Source of the DNA: Phoronis australis
Taxonomy: Eukaryota > Animalia > Phoronida
NCBI GenBank assembly: GCA_002633005.1
Contig: NMRA01000010.1
Span: 737,252 to 801,251, forward strand
Length of the DNA stretch: 64,000 nt
Reading direction: 5' to 3'
This document shows, piece after piece, positions 33,623 to 47,100 of this stretch. Numbering within the stretch: position 1 is the first letter of the stretch; every line of letters begins with the position of its first letter. A program made the translations under genes and the position numbers. Under the pieces are notes generated by a model. The model saw only the letters and a program-made list of their open reading frames with translations. It was not told where the DNA came from and did no database searches.

Positions 33623-36600
33623 GAACGTCAAGACCGGGCATCCCGTACTTACAAAGACAAACTAGACAATAATCCTTAAAAGTTTAATGCAATCGTCGCA
33701 GTACAACGCAGACATGAACCCTGAAGTTGCTGTGAAAACATGCTCAGATTGCAGAGCAATGGCGGATGACAGAGCAACCCAACATGCTAATTTGAGGAAG
33801 CGTACATTGCGTTCGTTAATGCCACGGGTAACATGAACAACCGCAGCGAGAAAGACTTTCTGATTCACGCGTGCATTGTTACAGCGGCGATTGAAACGCA
33901 CTTTCGTATTTCTGCAGGAAGGAGCGCAATGTAGGCACTCTCAAATTAACAGCTTAACATCCCTACAAAATTCAACATTCTACTCTAATAATACAAGGAA
34001 TAAAAGATTTGATGTTTGCTATTGCCGGCGAGTGAGGAAAGACATTTTTATACTTGTGTTGTCTATTTGTATGAATGATTTTCTTGGAGATTGTGACTCA
34101 TAACCCCAAATATGGCTGGGTAGGCACTGCTATAGGTCATTTAAATAATGATGATTGATTCTACAAATCTGAGGAATACAATGTACGCGTACTCCAAAAG
34201 AACGTGTTGGCGTTCCATAGACGTGTTAGAACACCATATTGATATGAGCACATAGCGATGATTGAAAAGAAAGAAGACTCGTATTTTTTCTTTCTACTGA
34301 TCACGAGGTATCGGGTTTTGAAAACCCCAGTTAACGAAAGCAACATTATTACCCGCAGCATCAAATCGTTTCTGGAAAGTAAAGTATTCACTGCGCGTAT
34401 ATCTAAAAAGGAAACTTGAACACCTACGCCTTCTTGAAATTTCATAACATATATGTTTGGTTAAAATGCGTAACAAAGGTGAAAAGAAATTCACCATTTT
34501 CAACAGTCGTTTAAAAGTTATTTATACTTTCGGGAGTATTGTTAAAATCCATTCCTTTGTACGGTAAAGCAGAGATAACCTGCGAGGGACTATCAATCAT
34601 TCTTGACACATGTCAATCAGTATTACTTGGAGCCAGACAAAAAGACCAATAAAACTTGGTAATTCGTGCAAAAACTGCTTATTAGAAAAGACAATGGTAA
34701 TCTAAGCACTCAAATGAACTTAGGCTTAATTGTTCAACAACCATACAATAATTTCAACATCAACATGCTCTAGAAGTGTTGTGAAATATGTTATGAATAG
34801 TTTTTACATTTTTATCACTTTTAAGATTTACTATTTACTTTCACGTTTTATAACATGCAAACATGTTGAATAATTACTGCACCCAGATTTCTTGTTTATT
34901 TTTTTGAAACATTTGTTTATTGTTTGCTAGCAGTTTTACTTTACTTGTTTATAGTTTTAAACGTGTTTTCTTACATTTTAGCGATGTTTTATCTTAAACT
35001 AACTTTGAAAGATCTTGTAATGCATGGCGTGTAAATTACAATTGATAATTCGAGTGTTATTATCTATGATGGGATCGTGATGAGTACCAATTCTAATACT
35101 AATACTACAGATAATGATCTTGATGACGATAAGGATATTGGTAATGAATTGATACAATTACTGGATTTCCCCGAGGTCAATATGATGGTTTTCAGACCCC
35201 TGATGGTCGAGGTCATTATCACATTGCGGGTTCTGAAAACCAACATATAAACCGAGTGTGACAGTCATTAATTATTACATCGTGTGATTCTATCTGCTAA
35301 GAAATTCATGGATAGATAGCACCACCGTCTTAACTGGGCCAACGCGTATAGCAGGTCGGGCGGTAATCATCCCATTGGGCCGCCACACGCCGAAAACTTT
35401 CCGGCAAAAATTATACCCGCACAGACAAAACCGTTAGAGTCACGTTGCTATAAGTAGCCTTTGAGCATAGAAGGACGACGTAAGAAGTCGTTGATGTTTT
35501 TAATTCCTTCCAACTCGAACAAATAGATTTGTTTCCACTTCGCTTCTTTATTCGTATACGATGCATTTTGTCCAGGTAAGAGAATTAGCGAACTCTGGCG
35601 GATCACCAGTGCAGTGTGTTAGTGATTGGCTTCCTGCCCATGGAGGTCGATTTCGATGTGATAACAAAATTACATCAAAACAGAAATGGCTCATTTCCGA
35701 TTTTGGTAACTGGACGAAGGACCAGTAGGAAAGAAATGCTGATTGCGGGGTTGAAAGGATTTTAAATACGCACTGTCTTTAAATGTGTCCATGTACACTT
35801 GATTATTACACAGTAAGTGGACTCTGATAGTTTAGCGGGGCTTAAGCATCATTTCAGAAGATAGTCAGACGTACAGACAAGATTAGGGCGTTCTGTTGTC
35901 TTAGTCATGGAAGGATGCTATGTTTAGGCTTCCGATCGCATGTTTAGCACTTCGCTCGTTCGGACAGTCAGACAGTTTGATGTTGTGGAGAGATTTTGAA
36001 CAAACTTCCTGGAGATTATGTTTGCAGTAGTTTTTAATGCAAAACAATCGACAAATGTCATTTGGTTATATCAATGCGGTCGCAATCCGCTTGTCACGCT
36101 CATAAAAATATATATTGAGGTAGGAGGTTCTACTATGTTAAGGCACACGACTCCCGTAGCGCCATCTTGTGTGGAATCTCATTGTAAACATACCAGAGTG
36201 GCCTAGGCGGATAAGGGACCTTGATATGGTAGATGTAAATTAATGGGAAATAGGAACAAACCAAACAAAAATATGTCGAGTATTAGTAGGCTACTTGAAT
36301 TAAGGTCTTAGAGGAGTTTCATTTTAATTATAAAATGCACCAAAACTGATATCATTGGCAAGTCTACGAAAATACATGCAATTTGGTACCCATTTCATCA
36401 AAGTCGACCCAATGGTTAGTGTCTTTTAGCCCACCAACTTGCACGGTCTGCAACACTCAATTCCATACAACAAAATGACCTCCGTGATCTACGCATACTA
36501 AGCCACGTGATAGAGAATCTCTGTCAGAATATCTATGGTCACAATTAGCCTGCACTCGCTTAAGACCGCGCAAGTGACGTGTATTGAAAGTCAGTCACCA

Positions 36601-38253
36601 GTTTAGCTTACAAAAACACAGCTTTTTGCAACAGCGTGATGAAAGGATCTGCGACTCCTTGATGGAGATTTGAAATAACCGAGTGTTTTTTTACGATTAT
36701 TTAAAAACAAAAGTCGCGTCAGAAGTTGGAAGACATAAAAAGACTCAGGACTTTTAAGTTCGATAAAGTAGTGGTAGCACATTGGTGAAGTAGTGACCTG
36801 TGCACAGAAAGATACGGCTAAAGAGCTACTGTAGAATCTCCATTAATTCAGAATCAAGACGGCGTTACCGTACCAGCGGTCAGTATGAAGGTATGAGCGG
36901 TCAAAATTGAGATTTACTGACTTAAAAATGGCTGCTGGTGGATTTGTAGCCACACAGTGTGGCCAAATCATTATAATACTAATAATTATATTGGTACAGA
37001 TGCTACGAATGACATATACTATTATAAAATGATGCATTCAGATACCGATTTGATGATTATACATGTACCATTACTGATAATGGTCATAAAATGACAGTGA
37101 TACTGATACTGATATTCATAATTATAGTGATATAATGTTAATCATGGCATTTTTGTTATTGTTAACGGTTTTGAAAGTAGACTGTCATTCGTTAGTTTTA
37201 TTGTTATGACATAACGAATAAATTTAATGTCTGACAAAACGGGGATGTCTGCTCAACAAATTGCAAATTTTACCTTGGTCTTTGCTTCCTTTATCAAATT
37301 AATTGACCACTATTTCATATAGGACTTCCTCCCCAGAGGTTACAAGTTTTTGTCTGACAAGTGGCAAGGACCAATAAATTATTATTATTTCTGGAAGAAG
37401 AGCTTAGGATCACTTATTAGTTTCGGGACATTTGTCGAAAACGATTTTTATGTGTACTGTTGTTAATTGTTAAAAAGATTTCCACAGGACGACGATGAAA
37501 CACAGTCACTTATTTAAAGCGGCATCTCTCCAGAGTATAGCTGTCGACGTCGAGTTCTTAACCCAGGCACTCACGCTTACTCGATCTTGAATTATTGCCG
37601 AGTGAACCGGTTCTCAAGTCCGAGGCAATGAGTCAAATTTTTGGGTTGGAGAACCCCAATAAGTTTTGAAGCCTATTCTTAAGTCTCTGTAAGGAATAAT
37701 GAGAGAGTTAGAGGCCTAATTTGATTTTTGTTTTTAGCCGAAACGCAGCTTTAAGCATGTTTACACGTAATGGGTATCTGTGACAGTTGACAAGAAACCA
37801 ACAAGATTAGTCGCGAGCAACACTAACTAGTCTGTTGACCTTTAGCTGTAACCGCATGTTTTAGGAATAGTGCGTTTTTGATAAGAAATCAATACGAATG
37901 TAGCTGAAATCACGAAAAGAGGGGCGTAATTAATGCTTATGACATTCTGAAAGTTTTATTCATGTCACCGTTCGTCGACCTTGTCATTCAAGCGTTTTGT
38001 AAATGCAGTTATCATCTGTCCACGCGTGTTTACGCTCTTTTCTTGAAAGGTCTCCAGCATGCGACTAAACCTAATGAGCGAAAGTAAAACCGCAGCAAAA
38101 TTAATAAAATATCTTTTTGTGTTTGTGATAAATACTCGTACTTGTAGAGTCGCTGCTCGTCCTAGTACTTGCACATAAGGATTTCGCATTGGCTTTGAGC
38201 AATCACAAAACTTTAGTTTATGTTAGGCCGAATTTTCGAAAAGTTTCCATGAC

Positions 38254-38360
38254 TACCGTACTCGTCCGGGTTACCACCCAGGGCGCTTAAATTGGGAATC
38301 TAAAAAAACAGGGAGTGGGCGGTAAGCCGAGCATGGGCTTTAACCCGGACGAGTACGGTA
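38254..38360. mobile_element. Tc1/mariner-type (Tc2/pogo-like) MITE
   Basis: Perfect inverted ends TA|CCGTACTCGTCCGGGTTA ... TAACCCGGACGAGTACGG|TA with TA duplication. Confidence 0.85.
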
Positions 38361-39329
38361 ATAGTGGCACTTTGGTTTTTTGCGTCCGCGGCTGTTTCTC
38401 CTTAGTCCTTTGCGGCATATTTTTGAAATTGTGGCAAGTGTTTTCCTGACTACGACTTTTGGCAAAAAGGTTTCTATTATGGAGACTGATTGACGCCACG
38501 TAGTGGCCATATTAATAATTTTCAAGTTTAATTTTCGTCTTCTGTCTCTGTATGTGCCGAACCGCTGAGTTGATCATCATGAAAATTGAAAAATGTTTTT
38601 TTGTGACAAGAGCATGACTGGCGTTGATTTCCGTGTGGGTCCAAATACTGGAGGGCCACCTAGGGGCATTTTGAATATGTAACCAATGCAGGACCTTTTT
38701 TGTGAAATGTGCCAAATATATGGTTCCCATTAACTTGACAACAAATGTGCAGACCCGATTACCGTTCTACATCCTAGTATAATGAGATTTTTTACGTTTG
38801 CCTCTGTTTTTACCTATCAGTCGATCTCATCTAACTTTCTTATGAAATGTAAGTATGTCTTGCCCTTATCAACGCCCAAGTTACCGTACTAGCCCGTATG
38901 TGCGCACCGCGTAGTTCTATTATACCGAATATTAAGCGTGATTAAAGGTACGGATAATGAAAGAAATGTTGAAAGCAACGAGGTCAGTTTTTATTGCCTT
39001 GGCAAGAACCATCTGCTGCTGTAAGGTCATGGCTTGACCCAATGATCGGATAAGCAACATTGATGTGCAGCGTGACAACGAGGAACTTTTATTTAAAATA
39101 TTACCGATGAATTATTATACACGGCTGCATATTCGCTAGTTTGGGTCGAGTATCCACCTTAAAATAATGTGTCGAGCACGGTTCACCATGTTTGCCAACC
39201 CTGTGGCGTTATACGTAAAGTACTGGCCACCTTGAAGCGACCTGGTTACCCATAGTTTCACGCTATGTTAATAGGGTCATTAGGTTTTGGGGGCGATCAT
39301 TCATCAGCCTTGCATATTTCACTGATGCA

Positions 39330-39910
39330 TTTTTGTGATTTGTTAGTCAAGAAAGGTCAGTTCAGCAGATTTTTAAAACACATTTTGCTATACTTTTTTC
39401 AAAGACATTGAATTGCAGCGCTACAAAAACGTGAAAGTAAATACTATTTTCCTAGCTTTTAAGGTTATATAGAACTTGGTCGACGAGTCTGTAAATATTA
39501 ACTCGGTAAAACTAGTATGTATTTCTAAAAATAGAAAGCTTGTAGAATCTGGTGTTTTGATTTTTATCAATACGCCATCAATTGGGACTCTTATGTTTTT
39601 TTAGTAAAATTTAACCAAAACGGAGGTACATCGACAACATAACAAGAGTACCAATTACACGGCTAAATTTCATTTAAATGTTCAGGATGAAATCACAAAA
39701 CAGTTTTCTAAATTGTTTCATTTTCGTTATACTTTTTTAATAAAAAATACAAACGTCTATTTTTGACAGTCTTTCATACAAAAGTGAAACATTTAAAAAA
39801 AACAACTTTTAAACCGCTTTAGAAAACAGTGTATAGTGCAAGAGTATCTGAAATACTGAGATATGACGTCACAAAACTGGCCAGTTGGACATTATTCTAG
39901 GCTCCAACAC
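39330..39910 (+). mobile_element. Dispersed AT-rich repeat family, copy A
   Basis: Collinear blocks TAGAAAGCTTGTAGA, GAGGTAC, TAAATTTCATTT and GAGATATGACGT shared with 42920-43410 and 52660-53220; fragments near 10840, 11175 and 16390; boundaries approximate. Confidence 0.65.
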
Positions 39911-40509
39911 AAGTAGACCGTTGAGTAAGGCAAAGGAATTTGAACTTCACAGTGATTCACTTCACCTGGTGCTGTTCATCAAGTCATGAGTGGGGTCTGA
40001 TTTGAACAAACACTGGGTCCCTGTGCTGAATAGATATAACGTACATGCAAAATTCGCGATCTAGCGAAGACATGCTTTTTTAAATTTAGAAGGCAAAATG
40101 AACCTGAAGCAGTATCTTATACACCCGCATTCTATCAAAAAGTTATAACTTTTGATTTAAACCTGTTAACTCTATAAAATGGGTCTCAATTTGGCCTTGC
40201 TTAGCTCAAAAGTGATCTCAGTAACGACCTGACAGTTTTTCTGAAGCCCACATACCACCCATCACCAGGTGAGGGTCAAAGGTCAGACCAGTGTTATTAC
40301 GACGGGAATTGATCTAAATCAAGTGTTAGATTTTTGTCAGAAAGCGGATTTACAACATGCTTCACGTACACATCGTCATAAAACACAATACAGGACACAG
40401 TAAAGATAATCATAAAAATGGTGTACTCTTACGGACTACTTTCATTCTTGAGGAAAAATTGTGTTTGACAAATAAGTCGAAGTGGAAAGTCATGGCCACC
40501 GGGGTCCGT

Positions 40510-41290
40510 CCACTTGGGCCCGGGGTCTAATCTTTGTACTCTAAATCGATCTCAATACAATTTTTAACACGTTCCTTTCTACTTTTGTGCGAACTCAAGA
40601 TAAGTGTCTATTCCTCTGTGCTTGGATACATTATGGTTTACGTTTATGTCTGTCTAACACTGACTTAGACTTGGTGACCCCAGCACGAACGCTGTATGTT
40701 GGATCCTGATTTCAAATTTTCGAGTTTTTACGAGAAATCGCGAGTTTTTACTCGACTGAATTTGTGGCTCGAATCTAGGGAGAGAGAGGTCATCAAGTGC
40801 GGAATTGGACGACTCACTCATCAGTACAAATCACACTGTACTCAAAGAGAGAAAAACAGACACTTGCCTTGAGTTCGTAGAAAAAAGAACGGAAAATATC
40901 AAAGTTTCGAATTCGATTTCGAGTTCAAAGATTAGATCTTGAGCCCGGGGTCTGGTGCCTAATATTTTTAATTGAGATCGAACTCGAAATTATTTTTGGG
41001 AATTTGTATTCTACTTTTGTGTGAATCCAAGATAAGTGTATATTATTCTATGCTCGAGTACATAACGGGTTACGTGGATAACTTTCTAATCTCAATTTGC
41101 ACTTGATGACTCCAGTTTTTACTTGAAATCTCGAGTTTTCACGCTACTTTTTAGCACAATTATAGGGGTCGCCAAGTGCAAACTTGGACTAGAAACTCAC
41201 ATGCATAAACCATAATGTTCTCGAGTACAAACTAATAGATACTTATCTTGATTTCGCACAAAAGAAGAACAGAATACGCCAAAAATAATG
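40510..41290. repeat. Array of four ~215-bp units in alternating orientation (two tandem palindromes)
   Basis: Core TTCTACTTTTGTGYGAAYYCAAGATAAGTGT forward at 40577 and 41009, inverted at 40857-40889 and 41236-41269; GCCCGGGGTCT at ~40518 and ~40943. Confidence 0.75.
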
Positions 41291-42004
41291 TCGAACAAAA
41301 ACGGCGTTTTGTGTATTAGTTACAGCCTTTAAAATTTGAAAGTAACGATATATTCCTTCGCAGTGCTATCATCTGATGAACGAAGGCAGTATCAGGCTAG
41401 CCAAGCCACGTGACGTTTCCAAATAAGGAAGTAAATGCGGTCGGGAACTTGATTGTATTATCTATTGACTTGATTCTTTGGGTTCGCACTCAGACGTCAC
41501 TGATGTCATGTGAAGCCATCCAATCGACAGGGTCTGTGGAGGAGACAATATTATATGCTTGCATGAAGCCGACTGTGCCCGAAAGATTGGTATTCTGTTC
41601 AAAGATGGCTCCTTCTGGCCGAAAGGGGGAGAGGCATATAAACAAACACTCCCTTGTTTATGTGTTGCACAGGTGGTAACTTGGCTCGGCATGTGGCATG
41701 TGAAAAAAATGCAGTTGAGGTTTTAGTTGAGTTTATTTCTGAAAACTAGTAAGTTCTGTCTGAAACCCTGAAGTAAATGAAGTGAACCCTGTCCATTTTG
41801 GAAAACCATGCGAACAATGGCAAGTCGATGAGTACGTACTACCAGGAGAATTTCGAAAATATGCTAATGAATTTACCTGACGGGTGGATGTTTCCAGCTT
41901 CCCCCCGTTATATCAACTAACAGTCACACGGTAGCTTGAGATATACCATATAAGCTGACATCTAAGTTTATTTGTGGGCACCATATACATTTCTGATAAT
42001 AATT

Positions 42005-42164
42005 CAGGGGCGGAACCAGGATTTTGAGTTGGGAGGGGGGCAGGGCAGCGTGTTAGCCAAGATTTTGCCCGCCAGACATTAGCACCCCCGTACTGCCAAT
42101 TGGAATCTGGAGAACTTTAAAGGGGTGGACTGGCCCACTTGACCCCCCCTTAAATACGCCACTG
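42005..42164 (+). mobile_element. 160-bp MITE, CAGGGGCGG...CGCCACTG family
   Basis: Internally homologous to 58521-58678 (GATTTTGAGTT, TTTTGCCCG.CAGACATT.GCACCCCCG); TSD degenerate. Confidence 0.8.
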
Positions 42165-42229
42165 CACTTAATTACGACTGAAATCCGCAGTTTGCCAAGT
42201 TCATAATCGAGACTGCCTTGCCGCAATAA

Positions 42230-44100
42230 CCGGAGGTGTTCGAGGAGCACTCTTTCAACCGATATGACAAACTTGTCAAAGCGAGACTGCGCGTTTTCGC
42301 AATTTTTAGTTGAGAACTTCATAAAACGGATTTTAACGCAAGCCAGTTCAGTCAAAACTTTCGATCAAATAATGTTCAGTCAACACATCTCCAATATTTT
42401 CAAATTTGACTGGATTTGGTGTGAATTTTTAGTTTAATTTTTATTTTTGGTAGTGCGCTTTATGTAACGAAGTTTCCGTGGAAGCTCCGCCCACTTTTAA
42501 AAATTAGTAGTAAATTAAATCAAACAAATAGGTTTGAAAAATACGAAAGATGTATATTTTAGTGATACATTACGACAGACGAAACTCATCACGTGATCTA
42601 AATTGATGAAAGTAAAGAAAGCGCATCTATAACACGGGAAGAGTTAAACTCTAGCTTTCACGCGACAAAATAACACCTGTTGGCCCCATCACGAACATCG
42701 TGTAATTGTAGGAAATTAGAGACGTTAATTTTTGGATTCCCAACATGAATTATCCGTTCTGGCACACACAAAATCGAAACAAATAAAATACGAAGACGCA
42801 CCATTGAAATCCATCGTGTCCAAGCATTATAGACACACTTATTGTGAACCAAGGATGTATTTGCGCAATCCCACTTAGCTGTTTTTCTTACGGCGACAGC
42901 TGCAAACTTCCGTATTTAGGCTCATGTCAGAAATGATTTTTCAAATTATGTAAAAATTTATAATCCAGTCTCTGCATCTTGCCAAATCAAGACTAAACTG
43001 TAGAAATTAACCCGTAAAACCATAGACTTTTTGAAACAAGAAAGCTTGTAGACATTGATTTTTATTTTTCACCAATGTGGCATTAATTGGGTCACGTGAC
43101 CATATGTTTTACTAACGTTTAGTGAAAAAGAGAGGTACTTGCATAGCATGATAGAGGTAACCATATCTCAACTAAATTTCATTTGATTTAGAGAATCAAG
43201 ACGCTGTAAAAATTTTCCAAAATATTTCGTTTTCATTTTGAGATTTTCATGAAAATCATAAAAACCCCTCGTTTGCTAGCCCCTCATACCAAAGAAGAAT
43301 ATATTAAAAACAATACCCAACAACATTAAACTTTCATATGTAAGCGGCCATTTCTGAGATATGACGTTCCAAAGTTAGCCAAATTTTTACATTTTCTAAG
43401 GTCCCACATAACCATAAAACTAAGGCGTAATTAACCTATCGCCAGGAGTTTGAGCGACGGCTTAACTGACCAATCACAACACAGTATTCTTGTCACACCT
43501 TCGCCATTTTACCCGACAAACAATTTTTTGCCGGGTAAAATTTATTGTTTGTTTGTCGACATTTCGCAAGGTGGAGGAGCGTGCGATAGGTCAGTTGTCA
43601 ACCTTCCAGGAGTCATTTCACGTTTCACAAAAAAAAAATTTTAAATGTCCGTTGTCAACCCGTAAAACTTTCTGATTCCATGATAACTGAAAATCTATTA
43701 AAAACAGACTAAACTGCTGATGAATTCGTGTTTGAACTACAGATTTGTGTTGTCATTATACAAAGAACCTTGTCTCGGCAAAAACCCGTGCGTGGCATGA
43801 TGAACGAAATGAAAATTACCTCTAGGGATTCCGTCAGTTGTGGACTTATCCCAAGAGTTTCACAGTCAGATTGATCTACGGGAGCCTCTGTCTCTCCCGC
43901 TACCACCAAAAATAAAAGAAATAAACTAAAAAAAATCATACTAATTCATAGTTTGAAAATATTAGAAGTCGTATTGCATGGGCATTATTTGGGCTTTAGT
44001 TTCAACCGAACTAACGTGTGTTAAAATTCGCTTTATGAAGTTTTAACTAGAATAAAGCGGACAGAGAAGCTTTAACATGCTGACGAGTAAAGTTTTTAAA
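42230..44100. mobile_element. Old long-TIR element with a nested insertion
   Basis: 42314-42458 is the diverged reverse complement of 43898-44044 (AACTTCATAAA.CG.ATTTTAAC; AATATTTTCAAA; ATTTTTGGT.GT); encloses repeat copy B; outer limits approximate. Confidence 0.55.
42920..43410 (+). mobile_element. Dispersed AT-rich repeat family, copy B
   Basis: Same ordered blocks as copy A, ending GAGATATGACGTTCCAAAGTTAGCCAAATTT...AAGGTCCCACA. Confidence 0.65.
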
Positions 44101-47100
44101 CTCTAATACGAAGCCAAACATTTCTTTGTAACTGTATTAAGCTTGTACAATACAACTGCTTTGGATATAACGTGACAAGTTATACTCGCAGTAAATGTTT
44201 AAAAAGGCTTTCTAGATGTTCCTAAGCTTTCGCTTGGGCGCATCCCGAGAGGCGCATGAACCCGGTCTAAGCCTAATTCATAAGAACATTTGACCAGTTG
44301 AATGGGAATCTCTTAATTTGGAGATAAGCTTTATTATGTTTTTGGCCTTTCTGTATTATTAAATATTGTTAACTTGAATACGCGTCAAATGAGCTCAGTT
44401 TCACTCACGCTCACGTAAAACTTGCTCAGTGATTTTGCTTAAGATTTTCTCATTGAGGCGCATGCGCCAAATTCTGGATAAAGCCGTACCTTCACATATA
44501 GGCGTATGGGCCCATGTATGCGCCAAAACGCCAGGATTACTGTACTTGAAGTCAGTACATTGACTGGTGTGAATACGTACGCGTTTTTCATGGGAAGATG
44601 ATTTCCATCTGATGGCCTGCAAAATATTTGTTCGATTTAATTACGCGAAACATTGCAAAACAAGATGCGGCTGATTTGTATAGCAGGTGTCTGCACTCGC
44701 TTATATCCACTATACATACAGGTAAACTTTCTATGAAATCTCCGTGCAAACGTAGGCCTATTGGGAACACGTCTGCATTTTCGGGTACTGCACGCTATAG
44801 GCTACCGCTTAAAAGTCTGCAAGATTATTTCAACAGTGAACAAATGAATTATTGTCGATAAGACATAAACGGAGATTAAGGTACAGTTGCAATCTAAAAC
44901 GAAGGCAGTGACTACGAAACATACAACAGGTAAGTGCAAAATTTCCACTTTTGGCTTAGGTTTTTCTCTCCACTGAACAAACTTTCTACACCCCAAGTCG
45001 TCAGCCATTCATGTCTCAGATGCACAACAATCTGAACTGCATCAAAATTGTCACGACAAAAGTTGAAGCGACCCTGAAGCACTCGTTCAAGTTTCTGTCA
45101 ACAGCCCTCAGCAGCCGATGGCGAGAAACGTTTTTCTTAAATTGACGGTTTCCAGTTTCTTGAATTCAAGTGAACCTATTTTCTTTCCTCTTTTCCAAAA
45201 TGACTTTTCGTAATATAACCATACTCAGACCGGATACAGTGCGAGAGTTCCCGGCAAGGGGAACCCCTCAGGCATTTTTTGAGCGATTGCGACTCCTAAA
45301 AAGGTTTGTTCAAACTAGGTTGCTATTTTTAAAAGACCATCGGTGTTTGTAAGAGAACCTATTTTCTTTTTGGTACCCAACGAATGAAAATAAATGTTAA
45401 ACTATAATAAAATACATGCACACCATACAACCTCGAGTCCTACAATGTCGAAGTCGGCCAAGTCGAAATCCGCCAATGAAAAATGACGCTTGCGTCACGT
45501 TACCAAAGGTGGATTATAATCTACCTCGGTTACCGAAGAAGGCTACGGCCGTGTGGAATATTTGCACATGTGCGTGAATGAGCGGCAGCTCGTGGATATT
45601 TGGGCAATACATGCACATGCGAATTCCAAGTTTTGTATGGTACTGTGAATAGCCTGATGGGGTCATAGGAAAGGTGACTGCTTTAGTATCCACTCGTTGC
45701 CCCAGGCTGGGCGCAAGGCCTTTAATGTTCGTACAAACATCGATAATCAATTGGTTATTGGTAAACACGGCTGCGCCGCAAGTAGTGGAACTTAGTGCAG
45801 TTGACAGCATTGCGTGAGAGTGCACGAAATATAGATCAATAAGTTACGCCCCTAACACTATTTGTCTTCATAAAGTTCGTCTTGAGGTGCCTACCCAGTG
45901 CATACAGCACACTTTCCCCCGTTCCCCAACTTAAATATCATGGCGGGACCTCATGATTGTTCTCAAAATGGCAAAAATAGGGTATCTTTTCAGATCGAGG
46001 CATGGTCCTCAAAAACACATAAAAAGAGTCATTTGAAATCCTTACATGGTTGAAATGTATAAACATGGTAAAATTTCGTTGAACGAGTTTCAATCAGTAC
46101 TTAGAATCTGAATGAGCCATACGAGGTCACTCATCTTGTCATGCCGGCGATCTACATACCAGTGTAGTTACGTCACTCCTAATTTGAATCTGGATGAACC
46201 ATACTAGAACACCCGTCCCCTAAATAACTTGAAAAAGGAGGTCTTTATCCCTTAAAAATCCTCGTTTTCAACTCAATCCTATAAAAATCTGTGTTAAGGG
46301 TATGGCTTTAAAAACCCGGAACCCTCATGGGTGATACCCATTTTCGAAGAGGTGGACTGGTACTGGCTATAGAGTTAATGTCAGGATAAGAAGTGTTGAT
46401 TCCGAAACTAATGAAATTGCGCGTGTTTTAGCAGGGAACCTCAAACTATAAACAATTGATGACTGCAACATGTCAGAGGTGCCGCCCATAATCTCTGTCA
46501 TGGATATAGTACAACTTTGACAACTAGAAGTGTAAATTCGCCTCATTTAGAAAATTATTCAAAATCATCCCGGATATGCAAGAATAGTCTCGCCGTATAT
46601 AATTAGCTGCCGATGAATTATAATCGTTTGCATTAGTTGTCTCTTTGATAAATGAATGACCCGAATCAGAATCAAGATGTTTTTCTACCACTATCTTCAG
46701 CGTTAAAACTACTCATTTTTCTCTTAGTATTGTCTTGGATAATAACACAGGCGACCGAGTCGATACATCAGAGGGCAAACATCCTGAGACGACACCTATA
46801 TGGACAACATATCCCACCGAGATGATGCAGGGCAAAAAAGAAATTCGCTCAGAGTTGACTGACCCACGAACTTCTCCGTACCTATCAACAGTTCCCACGG
46901 AAGACACCCGGGCCGCCAATCTGAAACATTATCAGCCTAGTCTCTGTGATTCTTAAGGTGGCACTCCAAATCTCAACAGCATTTGCGGGTTCTAGACTAA
47001 AAAAGCAGGCCCACGTAGCTCCTGCTCTCTTTTCACTGGAGATACGAAAACATGCTGGGCAAATGACTTAACAAACTTTGCACAAAATCCGATAATGCTA

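Noticed and set aside
41600-41850. Degenerate THAP-domain start after AAGATGGC
   Set aside because: Needs several frameshifts; the C2CH signature cannot be recovered
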